A stretch of 64,000 nt of DNA, taken from the NCBI RefSeq assembly GCF_964213995.1, contig NW_027590170.1, positions 744,001-808,000 of the forward strand, in the 5' to 3' direction. The notes beneath the pieces are model-generated. The model had not been told where the DNA came from. It searched no databases and saw nothing but the letters and a program-made list of their open reading frames with translations. Below are positions 48,088-60,586 of this stretch, one piece after another. This DNA is from Mustelus asterias (Eukaryota). Made by a program: the position numbers and the translations under genes. Position 1 is the first letter of the stretch, and every line of letters starts with the position of its first letter.

Positions 48088-48911
48088 GAATTTTGTGTGA
48101 GGCCTGCGGGAACCTCATTCACTGTGGGTCTCAGTGCACAGTAATACATGGCGCTGTCTGTCATCTTCAAGTTTCTCACGGACAAGTGAGATTCCCGCTG
48201 TGCTGTCGAAAGCCGGGAGCCGCCTTCTGAAATCCATAACTATTGGCCCTCAGCAGATACTGAGGAGGTCGTTGTGGACACTGGCGACAGCAGAATAGAC
48301 CATATTCTCTCGCTGAGCTCGGTACAGAGTAGCTGCAGGGTATTGATGAATCTCCACCCTCTGCTGCTTCAACTCCTTGACTGGGTGACGTCTCCGTTAC
48401 TCATTTGGGAAAATGAGCAGCAGGCAAAGAACGGGTTAGAAGGAGGGACATGAGGCGGATGAGCACCCAGAGATGGATTTTTAAAAATTCATTCGTGGGA
48501 CCTGGGCGTCGCTGATCGGCCAGCATGTATTGCCCACCCTAGTTGCCCTTGAACTGAACGATTTGCTGGGCCATTTCAGAGTGCAATGGCGTTTTGCTGT
48601 GGTTCTGGAGTCACATATAGGTCTGACCAGGTAATGATGGCAGATTTCCTTCCATAAGGGGCATGAGTGAACTAGATTGCTTTTTTTTTCGATTATCGAC
48701 AATGGTTTCCTGGTCATCAGTAGATTCTTAATTCCAGATTTTTTTAAATTGAATTCAAATTCCATGATATGCCGTGGCGGGATTCGAACCCGAGTCCGCA
48801 GAACATTGAAATGAGAATAAATATGAGGATTGGCTAATTTAGAGCAGAGGTTCAAATTGACCGACCTGTGATTAGGACAATAAACAGAGGCAGAGAGAAT
48901 TCCACCCCCAT
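48088..48911 (-). pseudogene. TCR V pseudogene (V9)
   Basis: Leader 48911-48866 MGVEFSLPLFIVLIT|gtcggt; V exon about 48410-48127 with lost acceptor and deletions, LKMTDSAMYYCALR; CACAGTG 48126-48120, 23 nt, ACAAAATTC. Confidence 0.85.
48480..48800 (-). mobile_element. SINE (second family) in V9 intron
   Basis: Reverse complement of the 53730-54092 copy. Confidence 0.7.
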
Positions 48912-49684
48912 GATTCCAGTCTGAAATCCGGAAACAAAGACAGTTTCTGTACTAGACCTGTAATTGGAGATTTTCATCAGCCCGGTGGGGTGGGGGGGTG
49001 GGGGGGGGGGGTGGGGGGTGGGGTGGGGGGGGGGGAGGAGGAGGAGGTGTGGAGTTAATGAGTCGAATGCGATTTATTTCCTCCACATATCTTCATGTCT
49101 TCAAACAGTGGCTTTCCCGAGGAGGGGATCGTGATCGCTCATAACTGATCGGAGAGCACCCTCCTGTGGACAGAATGACCGTTGGAAGCAGATGCACATG
49201 TGTAAAGATCTCCACGCATTGAGATCCACATTTGTCAGCGACAATAAGTTTGCTTCCTTGGGTGCCGAGGAGGGATAAATGACCGAGTCAGCGTGAATGT
49301 TCACAGGCAAATCATTGAGCGTGCAGCGTTGTTATACTGAGAAAAATAAGGGGGATTCCATGTGTTGAATTAAATGCATTAAATTCTGCTCGTTCAGTCC
49401 AAATGTTTCAACGGAGAGGAGGCACAAGATGAAAAGCTTGTGACCAGCGTAGAAATATTTTGACTGAATTCAAGTGCCATGTTTTTGTTTAATGGAATCT
49501 TCTGGCATTCATATTTGGTGGATTTATTTATTTTTACAGTCGTGACTGTCTATCCATTCCACTATATATACAGCACTTCTATTTACCAATCAATTGTTGC
49601 ACTACTTCTCTCTATTGTTGATCCCAAAGTATCTATGTCTTTAGGTATCTCTCGCATCCCGTCAACCTATCAAAAATATCCCTA

Positions 49685-49775
49685 TTTCCCCCTCCCTCCC
49701 TCACTCCCTCCCTCTTTTATCCTCCCTCCATCCATCCCTCCATCTATCCCTTCCTTCCTCCCTCCCTCCCTCCGT
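49685..49775. repeat. (CCCT/CCAT)n-like low-complexity repeat
   Basis: Direct observation. Confidence 0.8.
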
Positions 49776-49779
49776 CCAT

Positions 49780-50095
49780 CCAATTGGCCCATCGAGTCTG
49801 CACGACCATTCAATAAGATCATGACTGATCTGATGTGATGGTGCTCAACTTTACTTTCCTGCCTTATCCCCATGACATTTGATTGCCTTGCTGATTGAAA
49901 TCTACCTTTTTCAGCCTTGAACATACCTTTTACAATCCCCTGCGATAAGTAATTCCACAAATGCACTGCCCTATCAGAGTAGAATTTCCTCATCGTCTCT
50001 GTTTTAAATTGGCTACCCTTCATTCTGAGATCATGGCCTCTGGTCCTAGACTCTCCCACAAGGGAAAACAATCTCTCAACATCTACCCTGTCCAA
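49780..50095 (-). mobile_element. Old CR1 3' fragment
   Basis: DRVDVERLFSLVGESRTRGH. Confidence 0.8.
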
Positions 50096-50173
50096 CTTCT
50101 TTGAAAATACGATACGTCAAATAGACGGTAAACTGCGTCTCAGGTTAATTTGAATTCAACTGCCCAGAAGTGA

Positions 50174-51283
50174 TGAAAGTGAGGAGGTGTGGAATAGAGG
50201 GAACGTTGGCCGATTGGATAGGTAACTGGCTGTCTGATCGAAGACAGAGGGTGGTGGTGGATGGAAAATTTTCGGATTGGAGGCAGGTTGCTAGCGGAGT
50301 GCCACAGGGATCAGTGCTTGGTCCTCTGCTCTTTGTGATTTTTATTAATGACTTAGAGGAGGGGGCTGAAGGGTGGATCAGTAAATTTGCTGATGACACC
50401 AAGATTGGTGGAGTAGTGGATGAGGTGGAGGACTGTTGTAGGCTGCAAAGAGACATAGATAGGGTGCAAAGCTGGGCTGAAAAATGGCAAATGGAGTTTA
50501 ACCCTGATAAATGTGAGGTGATTCATTCTGGTGGGACTAATTTAAATGTGGATTACAGGGTCAAAGGTAGGGTTCTGAAGACTGTGGAGGAACAGAGAGA
50601 TCTTGGGGTCCATATCCACAGATCTCTAAAGGTTGCCACTCAAGTGGATAGAGCTGTGAAGAAGGCCTGTAGTGTGTTAGCTTTTATTAACAGGGGGTTG
50701 GAGTTTAAGAACCGTGGGGTTATGCTGCAACTGTACAGGACCTTGGTGAGACCACATTTGGAATATTGTGTGCAGTTCTGGTCACCTCACTATAAGAAGG
50801 ATGTGGAAGCTCTGAAAAGAGTGCAGAGGAGATTTACCAGGATGCTGCCTGGTTTGGAGGGTAGGTCTTATGAGGAAAGGTTGAGGGAGCTAGGGCTGTT
50901 CTCTCTGGAGCGGAGGAGGCTGAGGGGAGACTTAATAGAGGTTTATAAAATGATGAAGGGGATAGATAGAGTGAACGTTCAAAGACTATTTCCTCGGGTG
51001 GATGGAGCTTACAAGGGGGCATAATTATAGGGTTCGTGGTGGGAGTTATAGGAAGGATATCCGAAGTAGGTTCTTTACGCAGAGAGTGGTTGGGGTGTGG
51101 AATGGACTGCCTGCAGTGATAGTGGAGTCAGACACTTTAGGAACATTTGAGCGGTTATTGGATAGGCACATGGAGCACACCAGGATGATAGGGAATGGGA
51201 TAGCTTGATCTTGGCTTCAGATAAAGCTCTACACAACATCGTGGGTCGAAGGGCCTGTTCTGTGCTGTACTGTTCTATGTTCT
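50174..51283 (+). mobile_element. 5'-truncated CR1 LINE (subfamily A), TSD aagtga
   Basis: RT ORF 50170-51024; aagtga at 50168-50173 and 51284-51289. Confidence 0.93.
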
Positions 51284-51454
51284 AAGTGACATCAGATCAG
51301 CTCTTTCTGCATTGAACTTCTGCAGGAAGTAATATCAAACCAGTCCAAGCTCTGAGGATGTATTGTCCTTCATGTGGTGACAGCTGCTCTTATTTATTGA
51401 ATATTCTACAACTTGCTCAGCTACAGAAATCCTTCGAATTCCGGAGAGGCAGGA

Positions 51455-52556
51455 ATGCGGCTCCTGGTTCTCGCTTTGTTCTGGATAACACTCATTCTGG
51501 GTAAGAAGGTTAAAATGTGAAAAACAGGAGAATCACATAAAAAGGAAGACATTTAAAAGGCAAGGAGCACATTTTAATCTCCAGCCTAAATCTGGTTAGA
51601 CTTCATTAAAAGTGTTTGTAAAATAATACAAATACGGAGGTGAAACCAGAAAATGCGGTTTATAAGGATACAGTCAAATCTCAGGTTAAAAGGAATTATC
51701 CGAAATCATTGTACATGCTAGGATTGTTATCTCGAGCAAAGGGAGCAATGCGTTAACTTGGGAGAAGTCTTTAAAAATGTTGATGATGTTTCAGAATCCT
51801 GAAAAGGAGTCGCCCCCCTCCCCCCCCCCCGCAACCCCCCCCCCCCCCCCCCCCCCGCCACCCCCGCCCCCCCCCCCCCCCCCCCACCCCCAAAGTAGAC
51901 GATTTTAAAACGCGGTATATAAAAGCTATCAATGAGTCTGACAAAGATTCCAGGAAAAAGATCCCAACGCAGAGAGTGTCTCCAATGTGGAAATCATTAT
52001 CACCGGGAGGTTGCGGGTCATTATTATAACTTAAATGAAGGAGAAAATTAATGAGAAGATTATGGAGAAAGCAGAAGATGGAAATTTTCCGAGGGTGAGA
52101 TGAAAACGCTTGCAGGAGGCTCCTTGAAGTGTTAGCCAGACATCAGTTGTGTCGAATGAAGGTTCATTCTCGGCTCTCATTCTATCGAATGTAATAGAAA
52201 ACTGACCTCCATGTTTCACCCGTTACAGTTTGGAACGATGGAAATTCTATTACTCAGCGGGAATTCTCAGTCATACAGACAAAGAGAGAAGATGTCACTT
52301 TAGCCTGCATCTATACTGGCAATTATTTGCACTTATTCTGGTACCGTCAGTACACAGCCAGACAGCCCGAGTTTGCAGTCCAGAGATACACCAGCGGCCG
52401 TTCTGAATTGAAGCCGAATTTCGCTTGGAACCGGTTCAGCACTCAGACAATTTATTGACCATTTCGGAGCTGTGGCTGTCTGACACCGCGGTCTGTTGTG
52501 CACTGTGCACTGAAACTCACAGTGATGGGAACGAGTGAAATTCTCATATAAAAACT
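51455..52556 (+). pseudogene. TCR V pseudogene (V10), paralog of V6
   Basis: Leader 51455-51500 MRLLVLALFWITLIL|gtaaga; V exon from 52229 with FR3 deletion and frameshift; CACAGTG 52518-52524, 23 nt, ATAAAAACT 52548-52556. Confidence 0.87.
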
Positions 52557-52855
52557 TCCGCAGATTTCTGGGTGAAAGCTGCTGTCGTTGGGAGTTGTTT
52601 ACCAGAGCGGGTCACACAATGACACATGAATACATCCCCGTGAGCGCAGACATCGAATGCAATCTACGTAAAAGCCATTTAACTCAATTCACATTGAATC
52701 CTGACTCTGCCCAATGATTGCATGCATTGTGGGAGGGCAGAATTCGCTCTTCACCATCCGCATTAATAAAAAAATAAACTCTAGTTGTTTTCCCAAAACT
52801 AGTTCGCTTTGTTTAGCTGATTCATTGTGGAAAGATGGACGCCAGCTGAGGAGCC

Positions 52856-53620
52856 TTATATCGTCAAAGAAGCGCCCCTTGTTAAAATATATTCATCTGC
52901 TTCATCGATAACGTACCCTCCATCATAATATTGGAGTTTGGGATCGTTGCCGACGATTCCACAATGTTCTGAATCATTCGGGACTTCTGAGAAACTTAAG
53001 CAGTCAATTCCGGTATGTAGCAATATCGTTGACGAAGTTGTGGCAAATATCATTCATGCCCCAAATGTGGCAGGAATTGAGCATTTCCGGATCAAGTGCC
53101 TTCGCATCGCTGACCGGTAACAGTAAAACTAACCGTGCCTACCCATAAAACTCTGGCTACGAGAGCAGGTCAGACACTGGAATTTTTCTTGACTCCCCAA
53201 TGTCTGTCCGCTAGCTGCCAAACACAGAGTGTGTTGACCTGCTCTCCACTTACTTGGATAAGTGGATCTCAAGCAATACTCCAGAGGCTCCACAGTAGCT
53301 CGGGCTCCGTGCATGGTACACCACATTCACTCCTTCCACGTACAATGCTAGCAGTGTGCACATTATACAAGATAGAATGCAGCAACCTGCTAGGCGCACT
53401 TCGACAGCAGCTTCCAAACCCGCGACCCCTACCGCCCGAAGAGAAGCACAATAGGGGCATGGGAATCACACCATCTTCAAGATCCCTAACAAGATTGCAA
53501 CTGTGTAAAATGGAAGCTCGCTTATTCCTGCCCGAGATCAAGTAGGGCAACATATTCCAGCATCGGTTGCGACGTTGAAGTCCCTTGAAAGTGTGAACAA
53601 AAAGCTTTAACTTTGAAGGG
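52856..53620 (+). mobile_element. Old degenerate L2/CR1-clade LINE fragment
   Basis: Resemblance to LINE RT C-terminal and 3' sequence (ctggctacgagagcaggtcaga..cttccaaacccgcgacc). Confidence 0.5.
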
Positions 53621-53729
53621 GATTCACCAGTCTCTGCAAGGGAGCTAAGGGAACTCAAGAGTACAAGTTGGCCCAGAATAAAACCAAAACTCGAGCTATG
53701 GACTCAATGTAACCAGACAGTGTTTAACA

Positions 53730-54092
53730 TCGTGGAGGCGATGGCCGAGTGGTGTTACCGCTGGACTCTTGATCCAGAAATTCAGCTAATCCCGCCAAGG
53801 CAGGTGATGGAATTAGAATTCAATGAAAAAAATCTGGATTAAATTAAACTTTATAAAAGAATATCGGGAATTAAGAACCTACTGATGACTATTAAACCAT
53901 TTCCGATTGTCTGATAACCCCATCTGGTTCACTAGTGTTCTTTAGGGAAGGAAATCTGCCATCCTTACCTGGTCTGGCCAACATGGGACTCCAGAATCAG
54001 AGCAAAGTGATTGACTCTCAACTTCCATCGGGCAACTAGGGATAGGCAGTAAATGCTGGCCAGTCAGCGACGCCCATGTCCCACAAATGAAT
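53730..54092 (+). mobile_element. SINE (second family, tRNA-like head, L2-like tail)
   Basis: tggccgagtgg head; gggcaactaggg..aaatgctggcc..cagcgacgccca..atgaat tail. Confidence 0.7.
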
Positions 54093-54335
54093 ATACCGAA
54101 ACAGAGTCACGCTGTTCTTTCATTCCGGAGTCACAAACACAGAACGGGTGACGACCGTCATGCAGCACGGGTTTCAAATTATTCATAACTGACTCACGAC
54201 CGCCAGTCTCACAGCGCCCCCAGCGATACAGGAAGTGAAATGTTGACATCCCGATACTCGGCGGATAAGTGGGGACGGGATTTAGAACAGATTCTACCAA
54301 ATTGCCAGCTCCCTTTTGTAGAGCTGACAGAGACA

Positions 54336-54832
54336 ATGCGGCTGCTCAGCATCTGGGTTGTGTGGGTAGCATTTCTGGCAGGTAATTTGGGATTAAGTGC
54401 ATTTCGTTTTTTCTCTCATTTGTCAAGCAGGGTTGAAATCTTTCCACGCTCTGGCCTGGCCTATTACTATGTGATCACCTTTTTCAGATCTGACTAATGC
54501 GGATTCTGTCACCTAGCGGCGCCCCGCACATATTAAAACAGAAGGAGAAGCGGTGGCATTGACCTGTACTTATGATACAACAGAAAGAAGCTATAGATTA
54601 TACTGGTACCGACAGTGCACTGATAATCAGCCTGAGTTTATAGTGTGGAAAAGCTCCGGAGGCTTTGAATATAAAGCAGAGTTACTAAGATCCGTTTCTC
54701 TGCTAATCTCCTGACCGAGAATAAAGTCACCAGTTTAACCATCTTGGGTCTGCAGCTGAGTGACATTGCTGTGTATTACTGCGCTTTCAGACTCACAGTG
54801 ATAAAATACAGTCTCACCGCGCTACAGAAGCT
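54336..54832 (+). pseudogene. TCR V pseudogene (V11), V5/V12 family
   Basis: Leader 54336-54381 MRLLSIWVVWVAFLA; V exon from 54488 with in-frame TAG (SVT*) and later frameshift; CACAGTG 54794-54800, 23 nt, ACAGAAGCT. Confidence 0.88.
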
Positions 54833-54999
54833 CTAGATAAGAGCTCCATCTGCTGCGGGTTCTTCGGAATCGCGGGATGTTTCAGCAACAGAGAACAGCT
54901 CCGCCGTCAGCCGTTAAAACACAGTGAGAAAAAACCAGATTAACCTCGGATCAAACTGTCACTCAACAGTTCCACGAGTGGCTGAGAACACAAACTACA

Positions 55000-55725
55000 C
55001 AAACTCTGCTGTACAGAGGGACCTAGGTGCCTTTGTGCAGGTATCTCAAGGAGTTGGTCTGCAGGTGCAGCAGGTAATAAAGAAGGCAAATGGAATTTTG
55101 TCCTTCATTGCGAGAGGGATGGAGTTAAAAATTATGTTGCAGCTGTATAAGGTGCTGGTGAGGCCACACCTGGAGTACTGTGTACACTTTTGGTCGCCTT
55201 ACTTGAGAAAAGATATACTGGCACTGGATGGGTTGCAGAGGAGATTCACAAGGCTGATTCCGGAGTTGAGAGGGTTGGCTTATGAGGAGAGACTGAGTAG
55301 ACTGGGGCTATACTCATTGGAATTCAGAAGAATGAGGGGAGATCTTATAGAAACATATAAGATTAAGAAGGGGACAGATAGGATAGAAGCAGGGAAGTTG
55401 TTTCCACTGGCGGGTGAAACTAGAACTAGGGGGCATAGCCTCAAAATAAGGGGAAACAGATATAGGACTGAGTTGAGGACGAACGTCTTCACACAAAGGG
55501 TGGTCAACCTGTGGAATTCCCTGCCCAGTGAAGCAGTTGACGTTACCTCATTGAAGGTTTTTAAGCAAGGATAGATAATTTTTTGAACAGTAAAGGAATT
55601 AAGGGTGATGGCGAGCGGGCTATTAAGTAGAGCTGAGTCCACAAAAAGATCAGCCATGATCTTATTGAATGGCGGAGCAGGCTCAAGGGGCCAGATGGAC
55701 CACCCCTGCTCCTAGTTCCTATGTT
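55000..55725 (+). mobile_element. 5'-truncated CR1 LINE
   Basis: ORF 54924-55574 CR1 ORF2 C-terminus; ttcctatgttc tail. Confidence 0.9.
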
Positions 55726-57235
55726 CGTAAAGATCATGGCGATGATCTTTGCATCGTCGATGGAGACGGGAGAGGTGCCGGAGGATTGGAGGATTGCGGA
55801 TGTGGTTCCTATTTTCAAGAAGGGGAATAGGGATAGCCCAGGTAATTACCGACCGGTGAGTCTAACCTCAGTGGTTGGTAAACTGATGGAGAAGATCCTG
55901 AGGGACAGGATAGATGAGCATTTAGAGAGGTTTAGTATGCTCAAGAAAACTCAGCATGGCTTTGTCAAGGGCAGATCGTGCCTTACGAGCCGAGTGGAGT
56001 TCTTCGAAAATGTGACTAAACACATTGACGAAGGGAAGGCGGTAGATGCGGTTTATATGGATTTTAGCAAGGCATTCGACAAGGTCCCCCATGCAAGGGT
56101 TCTAGAAAAAGAAAGAGGGCATGGGATCCTAGGAACTGCTGCCCGGTGGATCCAGAACTGGCTTGCCCAAAGGAGGCAGAGAGTGGGTATATATGGGTCT
56201 TTTTCTAAATGGAGGTCAGTCACCAGTGGTGTGCCTCAGGGATCTGTTCTGGGACCCTTGCTGTTTTTCATTTTCATAAATGACCTGGATGAGGAAGCGG
56301 AGGGATGGGTTGGTAAGATTGCCGACGACACGAAGGTTGGTGGGGTTGTGGATAGTCTGGAGGGATGTCAGAAGTTACAGAGGGACATAGATAGGATGCA
56401 AGACTGGGAGGACAAGTGGCAGATGGACTTCAACCCAGATAAATGCATCGTGGTCCATTTTGGTAGGTCAAATGGGATGAAGGAGTACAATATAAAGGGA
56501 AAGACTCTTAGTACTGTAGAGGATCAGAAGGACCTTGGGGTCCGGGTCCATAGGACTCTAAAATCGGCCCCGCAGGTGGAAGAGATGGTTCAGAAGGCGT
56601 ATGGTGTGCTGGCCTTTATCAATCGAGGGATTGAATTCGGAGTCCGGGGATAATGATGCAGCTATATAAGACCCTCGTCAGACCCCACTTGGAGTACTGT
56701 GCTCAGTTCCGTTCGCCTCACTATAGGAAAGATGTGGAAAAGATTGAAAGGGTGCAGAGGAGATTTACAAGGATATTGCCTGGATTGAGTGGCATGCCTT
56801 ATGAGGATAGTCTGAGGGAGCTCCGTCTTTTCTCCTTGGAGAGACGAAGGATGCGAGGAGACCTAATAGAGGTATATAAGATGTTGAGAGGCATAGATCG
56901 GATGGACTCTCGGAGGCTTTTTCCCAGGTTGGAAATGTCTGCTACGCGAGGACACAGGTTTAAGGTGCTGGGGGGCATGTACAGGGGAGATGTTAGGGAT
57001 AAGTTTTTCACACAGAGGGAGGTGGGCGAGTGGAATCGGCTGCCGTCAGTGGTGGTGGAGGAGAACTCAATAGGGTCTTTTATGAGACTCCTGGATGAGT
57101 ACATGGAGCTTAATAGGATGGAGGGTTATAGGTAGGTCGAGAAGGTAGGTACGTGTTCGGCACAACTTGTGGGCCGAAGGGCCTGTTTGTGCTGCAGTTT
57201 TTCGATGTTTCTATGTTTCTATGTTCTTATGTTCT
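55726..57235 (+). mobile_element. 5'-truncated CR1 LINE (subfamily C)
   Basis: RT ORFs 55721-56653 and 56653-57135; tttctatg tail. Confidence 0.92.
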
Positions 57236-57575
57236 AATGTAAATAGAACAGAGACAAAGCACAGAACCACAGTTCCAACCAGACCTTCTCATTCCCACCG
57301 TCAACAAACCTCGGTCCTCTGAAGCCTGTCGGGGGTGAGCTGCATCTTAATGAATGGAAACTTTCCCGGCTGGGTTGCAGACAAACTCCCTGCAGGTACC
57401 CATCCAGACGCCTCTTAAATGTTGCTAATGTGCATGCTTCCAAAACAGCGGCGTGTTCCAGGCACCCACCACCTCCCCCGCAAATAAGAACATAAGAAAC
57501 AGGAGCAGGAGTAGGCCATCTAGCCCCTCGAGCCTGCCCCGCCATTCAATAAGATCATGGCTGATCTGACGTGGA

Positions 57576-60500
57576 TCAGTACCACTTACCCGCCTGATCC
57601 CCATAACCCTTAATTCCCTTACCGATCAGGAATCCATCCATCCGCGCTTTAAACATATTCAGCGAGGTAGCCTCCACCACCTCAGTGGGCAGAGAATTCC
57701 AGAGATTCACCACCCTCTGGGAGAAGAAGTTCCTCCTCAACTCTGTCTTAAACCGACCCCCCTTTATTTTGAGGCTGTGTCCTCTAGTTTTATCTTCCTT
57801 ACTAAGTGGAAAGAATCTCTCCATCTCCACCCTATCCAGCCCCCGCATTATCTTATAAGTCTCCATAAGATCCCCCCTCATCCTTCTAAACTCCAACGAG
57901 TACAAACCCAATCTCCTCAGCCTCTCCTCATAATCCAAACCCCTCATCTCCGGTATCAACCTGGTGAACCTTCTCTGCACTCCCTCCAATGCCAATATAT
58001 CCTTCCTCATATAAGGGGACCAATACTGCACACAGTATTCCAGCTGCGGCCTCACCAATGCCCTGTACAGGTGCATCAAGACATCCCTGCTTTTATATTC
58101 TATCCCCTTCGCAATATAGGCCAACATCCCATTTGCCTTCTTGATCACCTGTTGTACCTGCAGACTGGGCTTTTGCGTGTCATGCACAAGGACCCCCAGG
58201 TCCCTTTGCACGGTAGCATGTTTTAATTTGTTTCCATTGAGATAATAATCCCATTTGTTATTATTTCCTCCAAAGTGTATAACCTCGCATTTCTCAACGT
58301 TATACTCCATTTGCCATATCCTCGCCCACTCACTCAGCCTGTCCAAATCTCTCTGCAGATCTTCTCCGTCCTCCACACGATTCACTTTTCCACTTATCTT
58401 TGTGTCGTCTGCAAACTTCGTTACCCTACAGTCCGTCCCCTCCTCCAGATCATCTATATAAATGGTAAACAGTTGCGGCCCGAGTACCGATCCCTGCGGC
58501 ACGCCACTAGTTACCTTCCTCCAACCGGAAAAACACCCATTTATTCCGACTATTTGCTTCCTGTCGGATAGCCAGTCCCCAATCCACTTTAACACACTAC
58601 CCCCAACTCCGTGTGCCCTAATCTTCTTCAGCAGCCTTTTATGGGGCACCTTATCAAACGCCTTTTGGAAATCCAAAAACACCGCATCCACCAGTTCTCC
58701 TCCATCAACCGCCCTAGTCACATCTTCATAAAAATCCAACATGTGCGTCAAGCACGCCTTTCCCCTCATGAATCCATGCTGCGTCTGATTGATCGAATCA
58801 TTTCTATCCAGATGCCCTGCTATCTCCACTTTAATAATGGATTCCAGCATTTTCCCTACTGCAGATGTTAAGCTGACCGGCCTATAGTTACCCGCCTTTT
58901 GTCTCCTTCCTTTTTTAAACAGCGGCGTAACATTAGCCGTTTTCCAATCAACCGGCACTACCCCAGAATGCAACGAGTTTTGATAAATAATCACTAACGC
59001 ATCCACTATTACCTCTGACATTTCTTTCAATACCCTGGGATGCATTCCATCCGGTCCCGGGGACTTGTCCACCTTCAGTCCCATTAGTCTACCCAGCACT
59101 GCCTCTCTGGTAACATTAATTGTATTAAGTATTTCTCCTGCTGCCAACCCTCTATCGTTAATGTTTGGCAAACTATTTGTGTCCTCCACCGTGAAGACCG
59201 ACACAAAAAACTTATTTAAAGACTCAGCCATATCCTCATTTCCCACTATTAACTCCCCCCTCTCGTCCTCCAAGGGTCCAACATTCACTCTAGCCACTCT
59301 ATTCCTTTTTATATATTTATAAAAACTTTTACTATCATTTTTTATATTAATTGCTAGCCTAGCTTCATAGTCTATCCTTCCTTTCTTTATCGCTTTCTTA
59401 GTCTCTCTTTGTTGTTTCTTAAATTTTTCCCAATCACTTGTTTCTCCACTATTTTTGGCCACTCTGTACGCAGCTGTTTTTATTTTAATACTCTCCTTTA
59501 TTTCCTTCGTTATCCACGGCTGGTTCTCCCTTTTCTTACAATCCTTGTTTTTTGCTGGAATATGTTTTTGCTGAGAACTGAGAAGGATCTCCTTAAAAAT
59601 CCTCCACTGTTCCTCAGCTATCCTACCTGCCAGCCTGCTCTCCCAGTCTACCTTAGCCAATTCATCCCTCATCCTATCATATTTCCCTCTGTTCAAACAG
59701 AGGACACTGGTTTGGGACCAAACTTTCTCCTCTTCCATCTGAATCAGAAATTCGACCATATTGTGGTCACTAGACCCAAGAGGGTCCTTCACAATAAGAT
59801 CCTTAATTCTACCTACCTCGTTACACAATACCAGATCCAAAATAGCTCGTTCCCTCGTCGGTTCCGTAACATGCTGTTCAAGGAAACTATCCCGACAGCA
59901 TTCTAAGAACTCTTCCTCCATTCCACCCTTACCGACTTGAGTCTGCCAGTCAATGTGCATGTTGAAGTCCCCCATGATTATTGCCGTTCCGTTTTTACAC
60001 GCATCCCTTATCTGCTTGTTTATAGCCCTCCCTACCTCAACATTATTATTTGGGGGCCTATATACCACACCTACTAGTGTCTTTCTCCCTCTACTATTCC
60101 TCATCTCTACCCATAATGATTCCACGTTTTGTTCCTCAGAGCCTATGTCATCCCTCAGTACTACCCTGATATTATCTCTTATTAATAGCGCGACCCCACC
60201 ACCTTTTCCTTCCTGTCTATCCTTCCTAAACGCCTGATACCCCTGGATATTCATCTCCCAGTCCTGGTCACCTTTCAGCCACGTTTCTGTAATGGCCACC
60301 AGATCGTACCCACTTGTGCTGATTTGCACCATCAACTCATTTACCTTGTTCCGAATGCTTCGTGCATTCAGGCAAAGTGTCCTTACTCCAGCTTTTATCT
60401 GGACCCGCTTTGATGAGTCGCGAACACCCTCTCCCTCTACTCCCTTACCTAAATTACCGCCTTCATTCACTTGCACCCTCTCCTCTACCATTAATTTTGT

Positions 60501-60581
60501 AATTCCCCTTACCCCTGCATCCTCCCCCCCATCAATTAGTTCCTTGATCCTAGTCAACTCTTCTAGCTCCCCTCCCCCCAA
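57576..60581 (-). CDS. CR1 ORF2p (APE + RT), uninterrupted, no 5' ATG
   Basis: NARS, ITETWL, GDFN, SDH; DFQKAFD, PQGSVLGP, FADD. Confidence 0.93.
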   Translation of the reverse strand: MGGGELEELTRIKELIDGGEDAGVRGITKLMVEERVQVNEGGNLGKGVEGEGVRDSSKRVQIKAGVRTLCLNARSIRNKVNELMVQISTSGYDLVAITETWLKGDQDWEMNIQGYQAFRKDRQEGKGGGVALLIRDNIRVVLRDDIGSEEQNVESLWVEMRNSRGRKTLVGVVYRPPNNNVEVGRAINKQIRDACKNGTAIIMGDFNMHIDWQTQVGKGGMEEEFLECCRDSFLEQHVTEPTRERAILDLVLCNEVGRIKDLIVKDPLGSSDHNMVEFLIQMEEEKVWSQTSVLCLNRGKYDRMRDELAKVDWESRLAGRIAEEQWRIFKEILLSSQQKHIPAKNKDCKKRENQPWITKEIKESIKIKTAAYRVAKNSGETSDWEKFKKQQRETKKAIKKGRIDYEARLAINIKNDSKSFYKYIKRNRVARVNVGPLEDERGELIVGNEDMAESLNKFFVSVFTVEDTNSLPNINDRGLAAGEILNTINVTREAVLGRLMGLKVDKSPGPDGMHPRVLKEMSEVIVDALVIIYQNSLHSGVVPVDWKTANVTPLFKKGRRQKAGNYRPVSLTSAVGKMLESIIKVEIAGHLDRNDSINQTQHGFMRGKACLTHMLDFYEDVTRAVDGGELVDAVFLDFQKAFDKVPHKRLLKKIRAHGVGGSVLKWIGDWLSDRKQIVGINGCFSGWRKVTSGVPQGSVLGPQLFTIYIDDLEEGTDCRVTKFADDTKISGKVNRVEDGEDLQRDLDRLSEWARIWQMEYNVEKCEVIHFGGNNNKWDYYLNGNKLKHATVQRDLGVLVHDTQKPSLQVQQVIKKANGMLAYIAKGIEYKSRDVLMHLYRALVRPQLEYCVQYWSPYMRKDILALEGVQRRFTRLIPEMRGLDYEERLRRLGLYSLEFRRMRGDLMETYKIMRGLDRVEMERFFPLSKEDKTRGHSLKIKGGRFKTELRRNFFSQRVVNLWNSLPTEVVEATSLNMFKARMDGFLIGKGIKGYGDQAGKWY

Positions 60582-60586
60582 CCTAT

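Noticed and set aside
51812-51890. Long poly-C tracts (also near 2150, 38780, 44490; poly-G near 48990) as functional G-quadruplex or switch regions
   Set aside because: Low-complexity, error-prone in sequencing, and not conserved between paralogous V units
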